A stretch of DNA of 18,621 nt from Atribacterota bacterium (lineage in GTDB: Bacteria > Atribacterota > Phoenicimicrobiia > Phoenicimicrobiales > Phoenicimicrobiaceae), in NCBI GenBank assembly GCA_038203565.1, contig JBBRDV010000023.1:1-18621 (forward strand). Direction: 5' to 3'. Shown in pieces: positions 7,839 to 16,479 of the stretch (position 1 is its first letter; each line of letters begins with the position of its first letter). The notes beneath the pieces are model-generated. The model saw only the letters and a list, made by a program, of their open reading frames with translations, made no database searches and had not been told where the DNA came from. A program made the translations under genes and the position numbers.

Positions 7839-8294
7839 TTATTGTATGTGGTGTTCGTCATTAGGGAGTGCACGGTTAAGAATTTCCAGCCCTTTGATTA
7901 TATCCTTTATTTCCTGCTCAGAAAGTTTTTTAAGCAGCAGAGTAAAATATTCTTCTTTCTTCTGGCGAAAGTCATTGCAAAATTTCTGACTCTTCCCGGT
8001 TAAAGATATTTTTACCACTCTTCGGTCATCTTTAGTGCGCTCACGTTTTATGATATCTTTTTGTTCGAGCCTATCCAGGATTCCCGATACGGTGCTATCA
8101 GATAATCCCATTTTTAAACTTAATTCACTTACCTTTTGTTCTCCGTGTTTTTCCAGCATCGATATTACTGAAAGCTGGGGAAAGGTTAAATCTGAATCCT
8201 GCATAAGATGATGAAATTTGTGTCTCATAAATTTATTGAAATTTCTAGTAAGATCAATTATTTTTGAAATGCTTTCAAATTTAGGCTTAGACAT
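7839..8294 (-). CDS. MarR family transcriptional regulator
   Basis: LTFPQ...STVSGILDRLEQKDII.R...DDRR...ISLT winged helix, with an AGGAGG RBS. Confidence 0.93.
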   Translation of the reverse strand: MSKPKFESISKIIDLTRNFNKFMRHKFHHLMQDSDLTFPQLSVISMLEKHGEQKVSELSLKMGLSDSTVSGILDRLEQKDIIKRERTKDDRRVVKISLTGKSQKFCNDFRQKKEEYFTLLLKKLSEQEIKDIIKGLEILNRALPNDEHHIQ

Positions 8295-8422
8295 AATTAT
8301 ATTTCCTCCTCTTTAATAAATTGAGATTTATTTTATATAATATAAAGAGTGTATCTAATATATGAAAACATAATAAAATGAAGCGATTTAAAATTATTTT
8401 GCATTAATATATTTATTCTACA

Positions 8423-8444
8423 AATATTTAGGATACGAAATATT
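8423..8444. promoter_or_regulatory. Palindromic operator, probably the MarR autoregulatory site
   Basis: AATATTTaGgATaCgAAATATT is a 22-bp imperfect palindrome overlapping the -10/+1 region of the marR promoter. Confidence 0.7.
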
Positions 8445-8470
8445 ATAATAAATGGTTTAATTTTTGTCAA
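8442..8470 (-). promoter_or_regulatory. Sigma70 promoter of the marR-MATE operon
   Basis: Perfect TTGACA (8470-8465), 17 nt spacer, TATAAT (8447-8442) on the minus strand. Confidence 0.85.
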
Positions 8471-8497
8471 GCCCGCAAATACAGCCTGCAAATACAG
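8470..8497. repeat. 13-bp tandem repeat (2 copies)
   Basis: AGCCCGCAAATAC AGCCTGCAAATAC AG, with 12/13 identity between copies. Confidence 0.75.
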
Positions 8498-8715
8498 TAT
8501 CGAGTTAAGAAAGTAAAAGAAATTGCCTCTCTTTTGTGTCATTATCATAGATGTAAATATATAGATGGGTGAATAATGAAAAATATCTAAAAAAAAGAGG
8601 ATGCCTTTTATTTATCGGAAAGGCTCGTGAATTATTTGATAGAAAGTGGTAAACTGATTAGGGAAGAAAAAGACTATTGGCTTCCGCATTCTTTTAAATT
8701 AAAGGAGAGATTAAG

Positions 8716-10140
8716 ATGAGTATAATGATAAAAACTAAAATAGTATGTACTATTGGGCCAGCCAGCAATTCTTATGAAAAAATAGAGAAACTGATTCAGG
8801 AGGGTATGGATGTTGCCCGTTTAAATTTTTCTCATGGAAACTATGTAAAACACCATCAGGTTATTGAAAATATTCGCCGTGCCTCTTTGAAGACAAATGA
8901 ATCTGTAGCCATCCTTCAAGATTTGGGAGGGCCAAAGATAAGAATTGGGGAGATTGAAAAAGAGCCCATTTTTTTAAAAGAAGGTTCTTCTTTTATTCTT
9001 ACTAACCGTGAAGTTCCTGGAGACGAACAGGAAGTATCTGTTACCTTTCCTTCTTTACCTCAGAAAGTGAAGAGAGGTGATTGCATCTTTTTAGCTGACG
9101 GAACCTTAGAGCTTAAAGTGAAAGAGCTTACTTCTACAGACATTATCTGTTGGGTAGTGAGAGGTGGGAAACTAAGCTCTCATAAAGGGGTAAACATCCC
9201 GAACATATCTATGGATATTCCATCTTTAACTGAAAAAGATTATCAGGATATCCTCTTTGGAATAAAAAATGGCGTTGATTTTATCGGTCTTTCTTTTATT
9301 AGAAATGCTGAGGATGTCTTAAGGGCAAGAAAAATTTTAAAAGAAAACAGGGCAGAAGATATTTCCTTAATCGCCAAGATTGAGAAGAAAGAAGCAATAG
9401 ATAACCTGAAAGAAATAATTGAAGTTTCTGATGGGATAATGATAGCTCGGGGTGATCTGGGAGTAGAAATACCCTTAGAAAATGTCCCGCTGGTTCAGAA
9501 GGATATTATTAAAAGATGTAATGTTGTGGGGAAGCCGGTAATTACCGCAACCCAGATGTTAATGTCGATGGTAAACGTACCTCGCCCTACCCGGGCAGAA
9601 GTAACCGATGTGGCCAATGCAATCCTGGATGGGACTGATGCCGTTATGCTATCCGAGGAGACTGCAGTAGGCAATTACTCTTTAGAGGCAGTGAAAACAA
9701 TGAATAAGATCGCCCTAAGAGTTGAACAAGCGATAGATTATAAAAAAATATTGACTGAGAGGTCGCTTTCGGTTAAACCTACCGATTCGGATGCGATAAG
9801 TCATGCCACCTGTCAGGTAGCTATGGATTTAAAAGCAAGAGCCATTGTCACCTTTACTTTTTCCGGGAGTACAGCCCGTATGGTATCCCGTTATCGTCCC
9901 TCTGTCCCCATTATTGCAGCCAGCACCCGGGATTCCACAGTTAGAAAACTTTCTCTTAGCTGGGGAGTTTACCCTTTTAAATCTGATGAATTGGAAAATA
10001 CCGACGATATGATTGAAAAATCAAAGAAGATTGCTTTAAAAACCGGATTGGCCAACTCAGGAGATAAGATTGTCATTACTGCGGGAATTCCTTTTAAAAT
10101 CCCCGGCACCACCAATTTACTAAAAGTAGAAACATTATGA
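8716..10140 (+). CDS. pyk: Pyruvate kinase
   Basis: KTKIVCTIGP, VARLNFSHG, IAKIE, IMIARGDLGVE, TATQM, PTRAE and DAVMLSEETA, with an AAGGAG RBS. Confidence 0.97.
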   Translation: MSIMIKTKIVCTIGPASNSYEKIEKLIQEGMDVARLNFSHGNYVKHHQVIENIRRASLKTNESVAILQDLGGPKIRIGEIEKEPIFLKEGSSFILTNREVPGDEQEVSVTFPSLPQKVKRGDCIFLADGTLELKVKELTSTDIICWVVRGGKLSSHKGVNIPNISMDIPSLTEKDYQDILFGIKNGVDFIGLSFIRNAEDVLRARKILKENRAEDISLIAKIEKKEAIDNLKEIIEVSDGIMIARGDLGVEIPLENVPLVQKDIIKRCNVVGKPVITATQMLMSMVNVPRPTRAEVTDVANAILDGTDAVMLSEETAVGNYSLEAVKTMNKIALRVEQAIDYKKILTERSLSVKPTDSDAISHATCQVAMDLKARAIVTFTFSGSTARMVSRYRPSVPIIAASTRDSTVRKLSLSWGVYPFKSDELENTDDMIEKSKKIALKTGLANSGDKIVITAGIPFKIPGTTNLLKVETL

Positions 10141-10164
10141 TTGATACAGGGGACTCTGTATCAA
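10141..10164. other. Hairpin immediately after pyk
   Basis: TTGATACAG-gggact-CTGTATCAA forms a perfect 9-bp inverted repeat. There is no U-tract. Confidence 0.6.
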
Positions 10165-10262
10165 CTAAAACCATAGGACAGGCAAAAATAATATTTTTTT
10201 TAAAAGCCGCTGCTTTAGACGGTGATAATTTGTTAAATTTAATTTAATAGGAGGAAATAGTA

Positions 10263-10712
10263 GTGAAAGATAAAATTAAAATTGGAATTATTATCTGTGA
10301 CCGTTATCATACATGTGCGGGGGGTAAATGCCTTAGAGCTCTCCGTAACAGGGAAGGCGCATTTAGCATTTATGGTAAAGATGATGAACTGGAATTAGTT
10401 GGATATACTACTTGTAACGGCTGCCCTGGGGGAAACATTGAATATGCTCCCGAGGAAATGATTAAAAACGGAGCTCAAGTTATTCACCTGGCTACCGGGT
10501 TGGTTGTCGGATACCCTCCCTGTACCCGTATAACCTATTTTTGTGACTTCATTAAGGCAAGATACGGAATAAAAGTAGTTATTGGAACACATCCAATACC
10601 CCAGAAATATTATGATATGCATAAAATGTTGGGGACATGGGATTCTCCAAAATGGGAAGAAATTATTCAACCGACATTAGCAGATGAGAAAATACGTTTA
10701 TCTTATAATTAA
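10263..10712 (+). CDS. CGGC domain-containing protein (putative metal-binding)
   Basis: IGIIIC...CAGGKC...GAF..Y...TCNGCPG...IHL...PPC...GTH, with an AGGAGG RBS before the GTG start. Confidence 0.88.
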   Translation: MKDKIKIGIIICDRYHTCAGGKCLRALRNREGAFSIYGKDDELELVGYTTCNGCPGGNIEYAPEEMIKNGAQVIHLATGLVVGYPPCTRITYFCDFIKARYGIKVVIGTHPIPQKYYDMHKMLGTWDSPKWEEIIQPTLADEKIRLSYN

Positions 10713-10757
10713 TAGGTAACAGGTAAATATTAAAAAATTTGTAAGAGGATATATATT

Positions 10758-10943
10758 TTAACTAAAAAATTAAATGGAATAAAAGAAAAAGCAGAAATAA
10801 CTAATCAGGCATTTTGGGATGAGGTAGCCCCAGTGCATTATAAATCATACGATATAAGAAAATTAAAACAGGGAAAATCATTGATTAAGGAAATATATAA
10901 AGAAAAAATTTTTGACAAGGAATATTTTTTTTGTTATGATTAG
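10758..10943 (+). pseudogene. 5' fragment of a class I SAM-dependent methyltransferase
   Basis: Not in the ORF track. The frame reads LTKKLNGIKEKAEITNQAFWDEVAPVHYKSYDIRKLKQGKSLIKEI and then runs into the gntR promoter (stop 10941-10943). N..WDE....H...YD.....G is the N-terminus that precedes the LLHLQCH.G motif in this family. GAGGA lies 8 nt before a TTA codon, possibly a decayed TTG. Confidence 0.65.
10912..10940 (+). promoter_or_regulatory. Sigma70 promoter for the gntR-led cluster
   Basis: TTGACA (10912-10917), 17 nt spacer, TATGAT (10935-10940), with an extended -10 TG. Confidence 0.8.
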
Positions 10944-10945
10944 GG

Positions 10946-10967
10946 TGTCATACATCGTACAACCAAT
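10946..10967. promoter_or_regulatory. Putative FadR-type operator(s)
   Basis: TGTCATACA (10946-10954) and TCGTACAACCA (10955-10965) sit at the predicted +1. The second fits the FadR consensus TnGT-N(0-3)-ACnA. Confidence 0.6.
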
Positions 10968-10983
10968 ATTAAGGTGGAAATAA

Positions 10984-11742
10984 ATGGAATTGAAAAATCT
11001 AAAAACTCAAGATTTACAAGGATTAATCCATAAACAGCTCAAGCTTTATATTATTGAAAACGGAATGAAAAGCGGCGATCCATTCCCCACGGAGCATGAC
11101 TTAGCCGAAAGGTTAGGAATAAGCCGAACCGCAATTAGAGAAGCCCTTAAAAGATTGGAAACTTTAGGCATAATTGAAGTAAGACCGGGAGTGGGGCGTT
11201 TTATAAGAGAATTTAATTTTGAGGTTATTCTTAAAGGTCTCCCTTATAATTTAGAAATGGATATAAAAAATTTTCAAGAAGTTTTAGAGGTTAGGTTTTG
11301 TTTAGAATCCTGGTTTATCGCCAAAGATATAAATAAATTTACCAAAGAAAATATCGCTCAGTCTAAAGAGATTCTAAAAAAGCTTGAATTTAAGGTACTT
11401 AATAATTTCGAAGAAAAAGAATTAGTAGAAACCCATTCTCAATTTCATTGTGCCCTTTATAAAAATTCTGATAATTCTTTGCTCATCAATCTAATTAAAA
11501 TCTTTTCCACCATTCAAAGAAATCTTACTCTACTTCACAGATACGAAACCAAAGACAGAAATTTATTTATACGTCAACATAAATTACTACTTGAGGCAAT
11601 CGAAAAGAGAGATTCCCGTTTAGCTCAAGAAAGACTGAGCGAACATTTTGCAGAGGCAATGGCCTGGGTTAAAAGTCACAAGGGAGAGAAATTTATAAAA
11701 ATAGAAAATAATAAAGGAGGTGAAGAACATAGTAGAATTTGA
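10984..11742 (+). CDS. GntR family regulator, FadR subfamily
   Basis: GDPFPTEHDLAERLGISRTAIREALKRLETLGIIEVRPGVG wHTH, plus an FCD domain (FH..L...S.N, H..LLEAIEKRD, H). Confidence 0.93.
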   Translation: MELKNLKTQDLQGLIHKQLKLYIIENGMKSGDPFPTEHDLAERLGISRTAIREALKRLETLGIIEVRPGVGRFIREFNFEVILKGLPYNLEMDIKNFQEVLEVRFCLESWFIAKDINKFTKENIAQSKEILKKLEFKVLNNFEEKELVETHSQFHCALYKNSDNSLLINLIKIFSTIQRNLTLLHRYETKDRNLFIRQHKLLLEAIEKRDSRLAQERLSEHFAEAMAWVKSHKGEKFIKIENNKGGEEHSRI

Positions 11743-11800
11743 ATGTAGATTCGCAGATTCATCATAAAATTTATGAGGATTTTAGATGAATTTAGCAAAA

Positions 11801-11831
11801 AAATCTGCGTAAATATTTTAGACGCAGATTT
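11801..11831. other. Inverted repeat in the gntR-dctP intergenic region
   Basis: AAATCTGCGT-N11-ACGCAGATTT, with perfect 10-bp arms. Confidence 0.7.
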
Positions 11832-11921
11832 CGAAGCTTAATGGGAGTTTAATATTGATGCGTTTTACGTATTTTATATTAACACCATTGAGCACAAAAT
11901 ATTTTTTGGGAGGAAAACAAA

Positions 11922-12950
11922 ATGAAAAAAATAATTGTTTTGGTATTAGTAATTAGTTTGGTTACAATGTTCATGTTCGGTATTTGCTCATCGTCGGCTG
12001 CCGAAAAGGCCTTCACTTTAAAATTAGCGGGTATCAAGAATGATACAGACCCTGCTAGTAAGGCGATGGAATTGTTCGCAGAGAAAGTGAAGAAGGATTC
12101 CAATGGCACAATCACAGTAGAAACCTATAACAATAGTGCTCTCGGCAATTTAAACGATCTTCTCACTGGCATGATCAACGGTACTGTGGACATGCTTTAT
12201 AATACACTATCCTGCTATTCCTGGCTTTCCGGTACAGGTGCAAAAGAGTTTGGCATTACATCGGCTCCTTTCTTTTGGAAAGATAACCAAGAGCTCCAGT
12301 CTTTTATTGATTCCCCTGATGCTCAGAAGTGGATTGAAGATGGCGCAGCCTCGACCGGCGTACGTATGCTTATTGCAAACGGTGAGTTAATTCCCCGGCA
12401 GCTTACCGCAAACAAGGCAATCAAAAATGCCGATGATTTTGAAGGTCTAAAAATAAGAACTGCTGAGTCTACATTAGTTATGACCATTATGAAGAAACTT
12501 GGAGCTACTCCTATAGTTATTCCTTTTGCTGACCTTTATATGTCTTTAAAAACAGGTGTAGTAGATGCTCAGGAGAATAACTTCTTTACTGTAAAGAGCA
12601 GCAGCTTCTATGAGGTTCAGACCCACTTCATGAAGACCGACTATATTAGGGACGTAAGCGCAATTTTTATAAGCAACAAAGTTTGGAGCCAGATGTCCGA
12701 TAACCAGAAGAAAATCATGAAAGATGCTGCAAAAGCAGCAACGGATTCTGAAGCTAAAATGATAGCAGATACAGTTGAAGAAGTAATGGCTTTCCTATCC
12801 AGTAAGATGACAAAAGTTGACATTGATATCGCCTCTGTACAGGCAAAGCTCGGAAGCGATGTTTATCAGGAGTTCGATAAAGAAGGCAAAAGCTGGCCTA
12901 CAGGTACATTGGCTGTTGCACTTAAATTTAAGGAAAACTACAAAGAATAA
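11922..12950 (+). CDS. dctP: TRAP transporter substrate-binding protein (DctP family)
   Basis: Signal peptide, YNNSALG, DFEGLKIR, LGATP..IPFADLY.SLKTGVVDAQEN and FYEVQ, with a GGGAGG RBS. Confidence 0.93.
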   Translation: MKKIIVLVLVISLVTMFMFGICSSSAAEKAFTLKLAGIKNDTDPASKAMELFAEKVKKDSNGTITVETYNNSALGNLNDLLTGMINGTVDMLYNTLSCYSWLSGTGAKEFGITSAPFFWKDNQELQSFIDSPDAQKWIEDGAASTGVRMLIANGELIPRQLTANKAIKNADDFEGLKIRTAESTLVMTIMKKLGATPIVIPFADLYMSLKTGVVDAQENNFFTVKSSSFYEVQTHFMKTDYIRDVSAIFISNKVWSQMSDNQKKIMKDAAKAATDSEAKMIADTVEEVMAFLSSKMTKVDIDIASVQAKLGSDVYQEFDKEGKSWPTGTLAVALKFKENYKE

Positions 12951-12984
12951 TTATTGGTATTATTTAATAGGCGGATATAGCGGC

Positions 12985-13039
12985 TGAGGGGATCTCACCA
13001 GGGAGATATAGAGACACCAATGGTTGTGAGATCCCCTCA
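12985..13039 (+). other. Strong stem-loop after dctP (probable mRNA stabiliser or partial terminator)
   Basis: TGAGGGGATCTCAC-N27-GTGAGATCCCCTCA, with perfect 14-bp arms and no U-tract. Confidence 0.75.
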
Positions 13040-13116
13040 AATCCCTGGAAGTGTATTTAATGGCCTGATATTTTGACTGGTTCTCGCTGTCATATTTTTT
13101 AATAGGTGAGGCAACT

Positions 13117-13449
13117 ATGAAAATATTTATTAATGAAAAAGATGTGACTCCGGTTAGATATGAGGGTTATTTTTTTAAGGAAATGCTTGGAGAGGAAAAC
13201 GGTTGTCTTGCGGGATGCAGGGCAGGGGTACTTGTATTTACACAGGAGGAATATAGGCAGGGTGGAGTTCACGATGACCAGGAGGGTTTTTTTGTGCTTT
13301 CCGGCAGCGGAAGTGCTATGGTTGGGAGTGAGGAATTTTCTCTAGAACCAGGTGTTTGCTTTATTGCACCGCCAGGAACTTACCACTCCATTAAAAAGGA
13401 TAGGTCATGCAGCTGCATAAAGCTGTTCTTTTTCCATGCAGCTGCCTAA
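13117..13449 (+). CDS. Cupin domain protein
   Basis: 110 aa with motif 1-like GVHDDQEGFFVLSGSG and motif 2-like PG..FIAPPGTYHSI. Confidence 0.88.
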   Translation: MKIFINEKDVTPVRYEGYFFKEMLGEENGCLAGCRAGVLVFTQEEYRQGGVHDDQEGFFVLSGSGSAMVGSEEFSLEPGVCFIAPPGTYHSIKKDRSCSCIKLFFFHAAA

Positions 13450-13473
13450 TTTAATAAAAAGGAGTTTTGAATA

Positions 13474-14235
13474 ATGAGTAAAGAAGCTATGCAATATGCC
13501 AATATAATTAAATCTCTTCTCAATGAAATATTAAATGAAGAGGAATCTGTTAAAAAAGCGGCGGCCTTGGTCGGCGCTTCAATTATGAGGGATCAAGTCA
13601 TCCACGTAATAGGCCCTGGTGGTCATTCAAATATGGCAGTTGAAGAGATGTTTTCAAGAGCGGGAGGCTTTGCCTGTATCAATGCAATCCTGGATCCCGG
13701 TACTAACTTGAGTCATGGTGGATCTCGGTCCATGGGCGTTGAAAGAACTCTCGGTTATGCCATTCCAGTACTGAATGCTTACCGTGTAGGTAAAACTCCC
13801 GGCGAAGTTTTGATTATAATAAATGCCTATGGTGTTAACTGTATGACAATAGACTGTGCCAATGAGGCGAAAAAACGCGGTGTAACCTCAATCGCAATTA
13901 CCTCTACCTCTTTTGCCGAGAAGCTGCCTAAGGACCATCCTTCAAGACATCCCAGCGGAGCCAATTTGTATCAGTCGGTGGATGTATTTATAAATAACCA
14001 CCTTCCTTATGGAGACGCCATTATATCAGTTGAAGGATGCGAACAGAACGTGGGGCCAACTTCTACCTTTTGCAACTGTTTTACTGCCAACTATTTAGTA
14101 ATGGAGACCTGTAAGTATTTAGTTTCCAAGGGTTATACCCCTCCTGTGTTTAGAAGTGGCAATCTTCCCGGTGGCAGTGAATATAACAAGGATATGTTTG
14201 AAAAATATACAGGGAAAGCAATTTTGCTATTTTAA
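13474..14235 (+). CDS. SIS (sugar isomerase) domain protein, UPF0309-type
   Basis: IHVIGPGGHS...EMFSRAGG, ER..GY, AITS, SRHPSG..L...D, GDA, GPTST and PPVFRSGN. Confidence 0.85.
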   Translation: MSKEAMQYANIIKSLLNEILNEEESVKKAAALVGASIMRDQVIHVIGPGGHSNMAVEEMFSRAGGFACINAILDPGTNLSHGGSRSMGVERTLGYAIPVLNAYRVGKTPGEVLIIINAYGVNCMTIDCANEAKKRGVTSIAITSTSFAEKLPKDHPSRHPSGANLYQSVDVFINNHLPYGDAIISVEGCEQNVGPTSTFCNCFTANYLVMETCKYLVSKGYTPPVFRSGNLPGGSEYNKDMFEKYTGKAILLF

Positions 14236-14372
14236 TATCTAGTATATGTACTGCCCGGGAATGAGGCTTACCGGTTCTTAAATAGGTAAATAGGACACGT
14301 AATAAAAATATATAACGGATTGTGTTCAAAAACGTGATTTATTTATATAGTGAATATTATACAGGGAGTAAA

Positions 14373-15149
14373 ATGGTGATGAAGGATAGGTTTATGACCG
14401 ACGCATTATCCGTGTATATATGCGATGACAGAACCGAATTAGGGCGTCTGTCGGCTAAAGCAGTATACGATAAGATTAATGAACTTTTTGAGACGAAGGA
14501 AGAAATAAATTTGCTGTTTGCCGCCGCCCCGTCTCAAAATGATTTTTTAGAGGCTTTAACAACCTACGAAGATATTCCATGGCAGCGCATAAATGCTTTT
14601 CACATGGACGAATACATTGGCCTTGATTATAATGCACCTCAACGTTTTAGTAATTTTCTTAAAGAAAGGATTTTCGGCTCTGTGCCCTTTAAATCTGTGA
14701 ATTATATCGAAGGGAACAGCAAAGAGCTGGAACAAGAGTGCCAAAGGTATAGTGGGCTACTCAAAAAATATCCTCTGGATATAGCTTGTACTGGTATAGG
14801 AGAAAACGGGCATTTGGCCTTCAATGATCCCCACGTTGCCAACTTTTATGATAACAAACTGGTCCAAATAGTTGCATTGGATGAAAGATCCCGTAGGCAG
14901 CAGGTAAATGATGGATGCTTTTTCCATATAACCCTGGTACCAAAAAAGGCGTTGACTTTGACAGTTCCCGCTATTATGGCCGCCAATTATATTGTCTGTA
15001 TGGTACCTGGCTTGAGAAAGGCTGAAGCTGTCAGAAATATGCTATGTGGAGAAATCAATGAAAGGTGTCCCGCATCTGTTTTAAGGTTACACCGGGCTGC
15101 TAATTTATACCTAGACCAGGATTCTGCAAAATTGATTTACAGGGGGTGA
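14373..15149 (+). CDS. nagB: Glucosamine-6-phosphate deaminase-like protein (NagB family variant)
   Basis: AFHMDEYIGL, GIGENGHLAFNDP, ALTLT, KAEAV and CPASVL..H. Start moved to ATG 14373 (or 14379) after GGGAG. Confidence 0.8.
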   Translation: MVMKDRFMTDALSVYICDDRTELGRLSAKAVYDKINELFETKEEINLLFAAAPSQNDFLEALTTYEDIPWQRINAFHMDEYIGLDYNAPQRFSNFLKERIFGSVPFKSVNYIEGNSKELEQECQRYSGLLKKYPLDIACTGIGENGHLAFNDPHVANFYDNKLVQIVALDERSRRQQVNDGCFFHITLVPKKALTLTVPAIMAANYIVCMVPGLRKAEAVRNMLCGEINERCPASVLRLHRAANLYLDQDSAKLIYRG

Positions 15150-15152
15150 AAT

Positions 15153-16346
15153 ATGACGAACAAAAAGCTAATAACCAATGGAAAGATTATCGCACTTGAA
15201 AGGATTATCCTCGAAGGAAGCGTTTCTGTGTGTGACGGGGTAATCACCGGTGTCTATGAAGGAACAGGAAGGCTTCCAGAGTCGGATGAGACTGTTATTG
15301 ATGCAGGAGGTAAATATATTTCTCCGGGATTTTTGGATATTCATGTTCATGGTGGAGGTGGATATGCCTTTCTACACAGCAGCGTCGATGATGTGATTTC
15401 ATGTAGTAAAGTGCATATGAACCATGGTACAACCTCTATGGTGGCTACCATATCATCTGCGAGTAACGAGCTTACCAGGGAGAGCATAGAGAACATAAGG
15501 GAAGCCACCTCAAAGATGACTAAGGGCCCTGAAATTCTGGGAGTACATCTTGAAGGACCATACTTTGCTATGAGCCAAAAGGGAGCTCAGGCGACAGAAT
15601 ATGTGAGAAATCCTATTAAAGAGGAATACATGAATATTGTGGAGAGCTTTGACAATATTTTGCGATGGTCATTGGCACCAGAGCTTCCCGGTGCCCTTGA
15701 AATGGCAAAGGAACTTACAAAGCGTGGAATTCGTATGTCCATAGGTCATTCGGACGCCCTTTTTAATGAAACGATAAAGGCATATGAGTGTGGCTTTACA
15801 ACGGTTACACACCTCTATTCCTGCACTTCGACAGTGCGGCGAATAAATGCTTATAGATACGCTGGAATAATAGAAGCGGCATTTTTGATTGATGATATGA
15901 TGGTAGAGATTATTGCCGACGGTAAACATCTGCCTGCAAGCCTTTTAAAATTGATATATAAGATCAAGGGCCCCGACAGGATATGCCTTGTGACCGACGC
16001 TATAGACGCAGCGGGGCTAAAAGACGTTAAAGGAGAAATATATAGCCAAACGAGCGGATCGAATATTATCATTGAAGATGATGTGGCAAAACTTCCAGAC
16101 AGATCGGCTTTCGCAGGAAGTGTCGCAACGACCGATAGGTTAGTGAGGACTATGATAAAATTAGCAGATGTGCCGTTATACCAGGCGGTTAAGATGATGT
16201 CGGCTACACCGGCTAAAAATATTGGCAGGTTTTCCACTAAGGGTTCATTATCCATAGGTAAAGATGCGGATATAATTATATTCGACGATGATATTAATAT
16301 TTCAACCGTAATAGTTGGTGGAGAAGTTACATTCGAGAAAAACTGA
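15153..16346 (+). CDS. nagA: N-acetylglucosamine-6-phosphate deacetylase
   Basis: PGFLDIHVHG, HGTT, HLEGPY, KGAQ, LAPE, GHS, THLY, IADGKH, LVTDA, AGS, TPA and GKDAD. Confidence 0.92.
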   Translation: MTNKKLITNGKIIALERIILEGSVSVCDGVITGVYEGTGRLPESDETVIDAGGKYISPGFLDIHVHGGGGYAFLHSSVDDVISCSKVHMNHGTTSMVATISSASNELTRESIENIREATSKMTKGPEILGVHLEGPYFAMSQKGAQATEYVRNPIKEEYMNIVESFDNILRWSLAPELPGALEMAKELTKRGIRMSIGHSDALFNETIKAYECGFTTVTHLYSCTSTVRRINAYRYAGIIEAAFLIDDMMVEIIADGKHLPASLLKLIYKIKGPDRICLVTDAIDAAGLKDVKGEIYSQTSGSNIIIEDDVAKLPDRSAFAGSVATTDRLVRTMIKLADVPLYQAVKMMSATPAKNIGRFSTKGSLSIGKDADIIIFDDDINISTVIVGGEVTFEKN

Positions 16347-16357
16347 ATTTAATGGTA

Positions 16358-16406
16358 AAAGCACAAATCGTACGGATAAAATCATTTAGCTGTGCGAGTA
16401 TGCTTT
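16358..16406 (+). other. Stem-loop between nagA and dctM
   Basis: AAAGCA/TGCTTT outer stem and TCGTACGG/CTGTGCGA inner stem, the latter containing G-U pairs. Confidence 0.5.
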
Positions 16407-16479
16407 AATATTTGACTGAGCCGAAATCAGATTTAATAAGAAATAGTTTACTATAAACCTATTTTATAAGGGGAAACAT

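Noticed and set aside
8333..8548. 71-aa minus-strand ORF upstream of marR
   Set aside because: It spans the marR promoter and operator, is AT-rich with low-information composition, and has no recognisable family.
8576..8718. Interrupted frame MKNI*KKEDAFYLSERLVNYLIESGKLIREEKDYWLPHSF... before pyk
   Set aside because: It could be another gene remnant, but I cannot assign a family and it has an early stop.
12998..13048. Pseudoknot from loop CCAGGGA pairing with downstream TCCCTGG
   Set aside because: The complementarity is real, but a 2-nt linker is unlikely to span a 14-bp stem. At most it is an alternative fold.
14322..14372. GTG-start extension of nagB
   Set aside because: The AT-rich extension has no RBS, whereas GGGAG precedes ATG 14373/14379.
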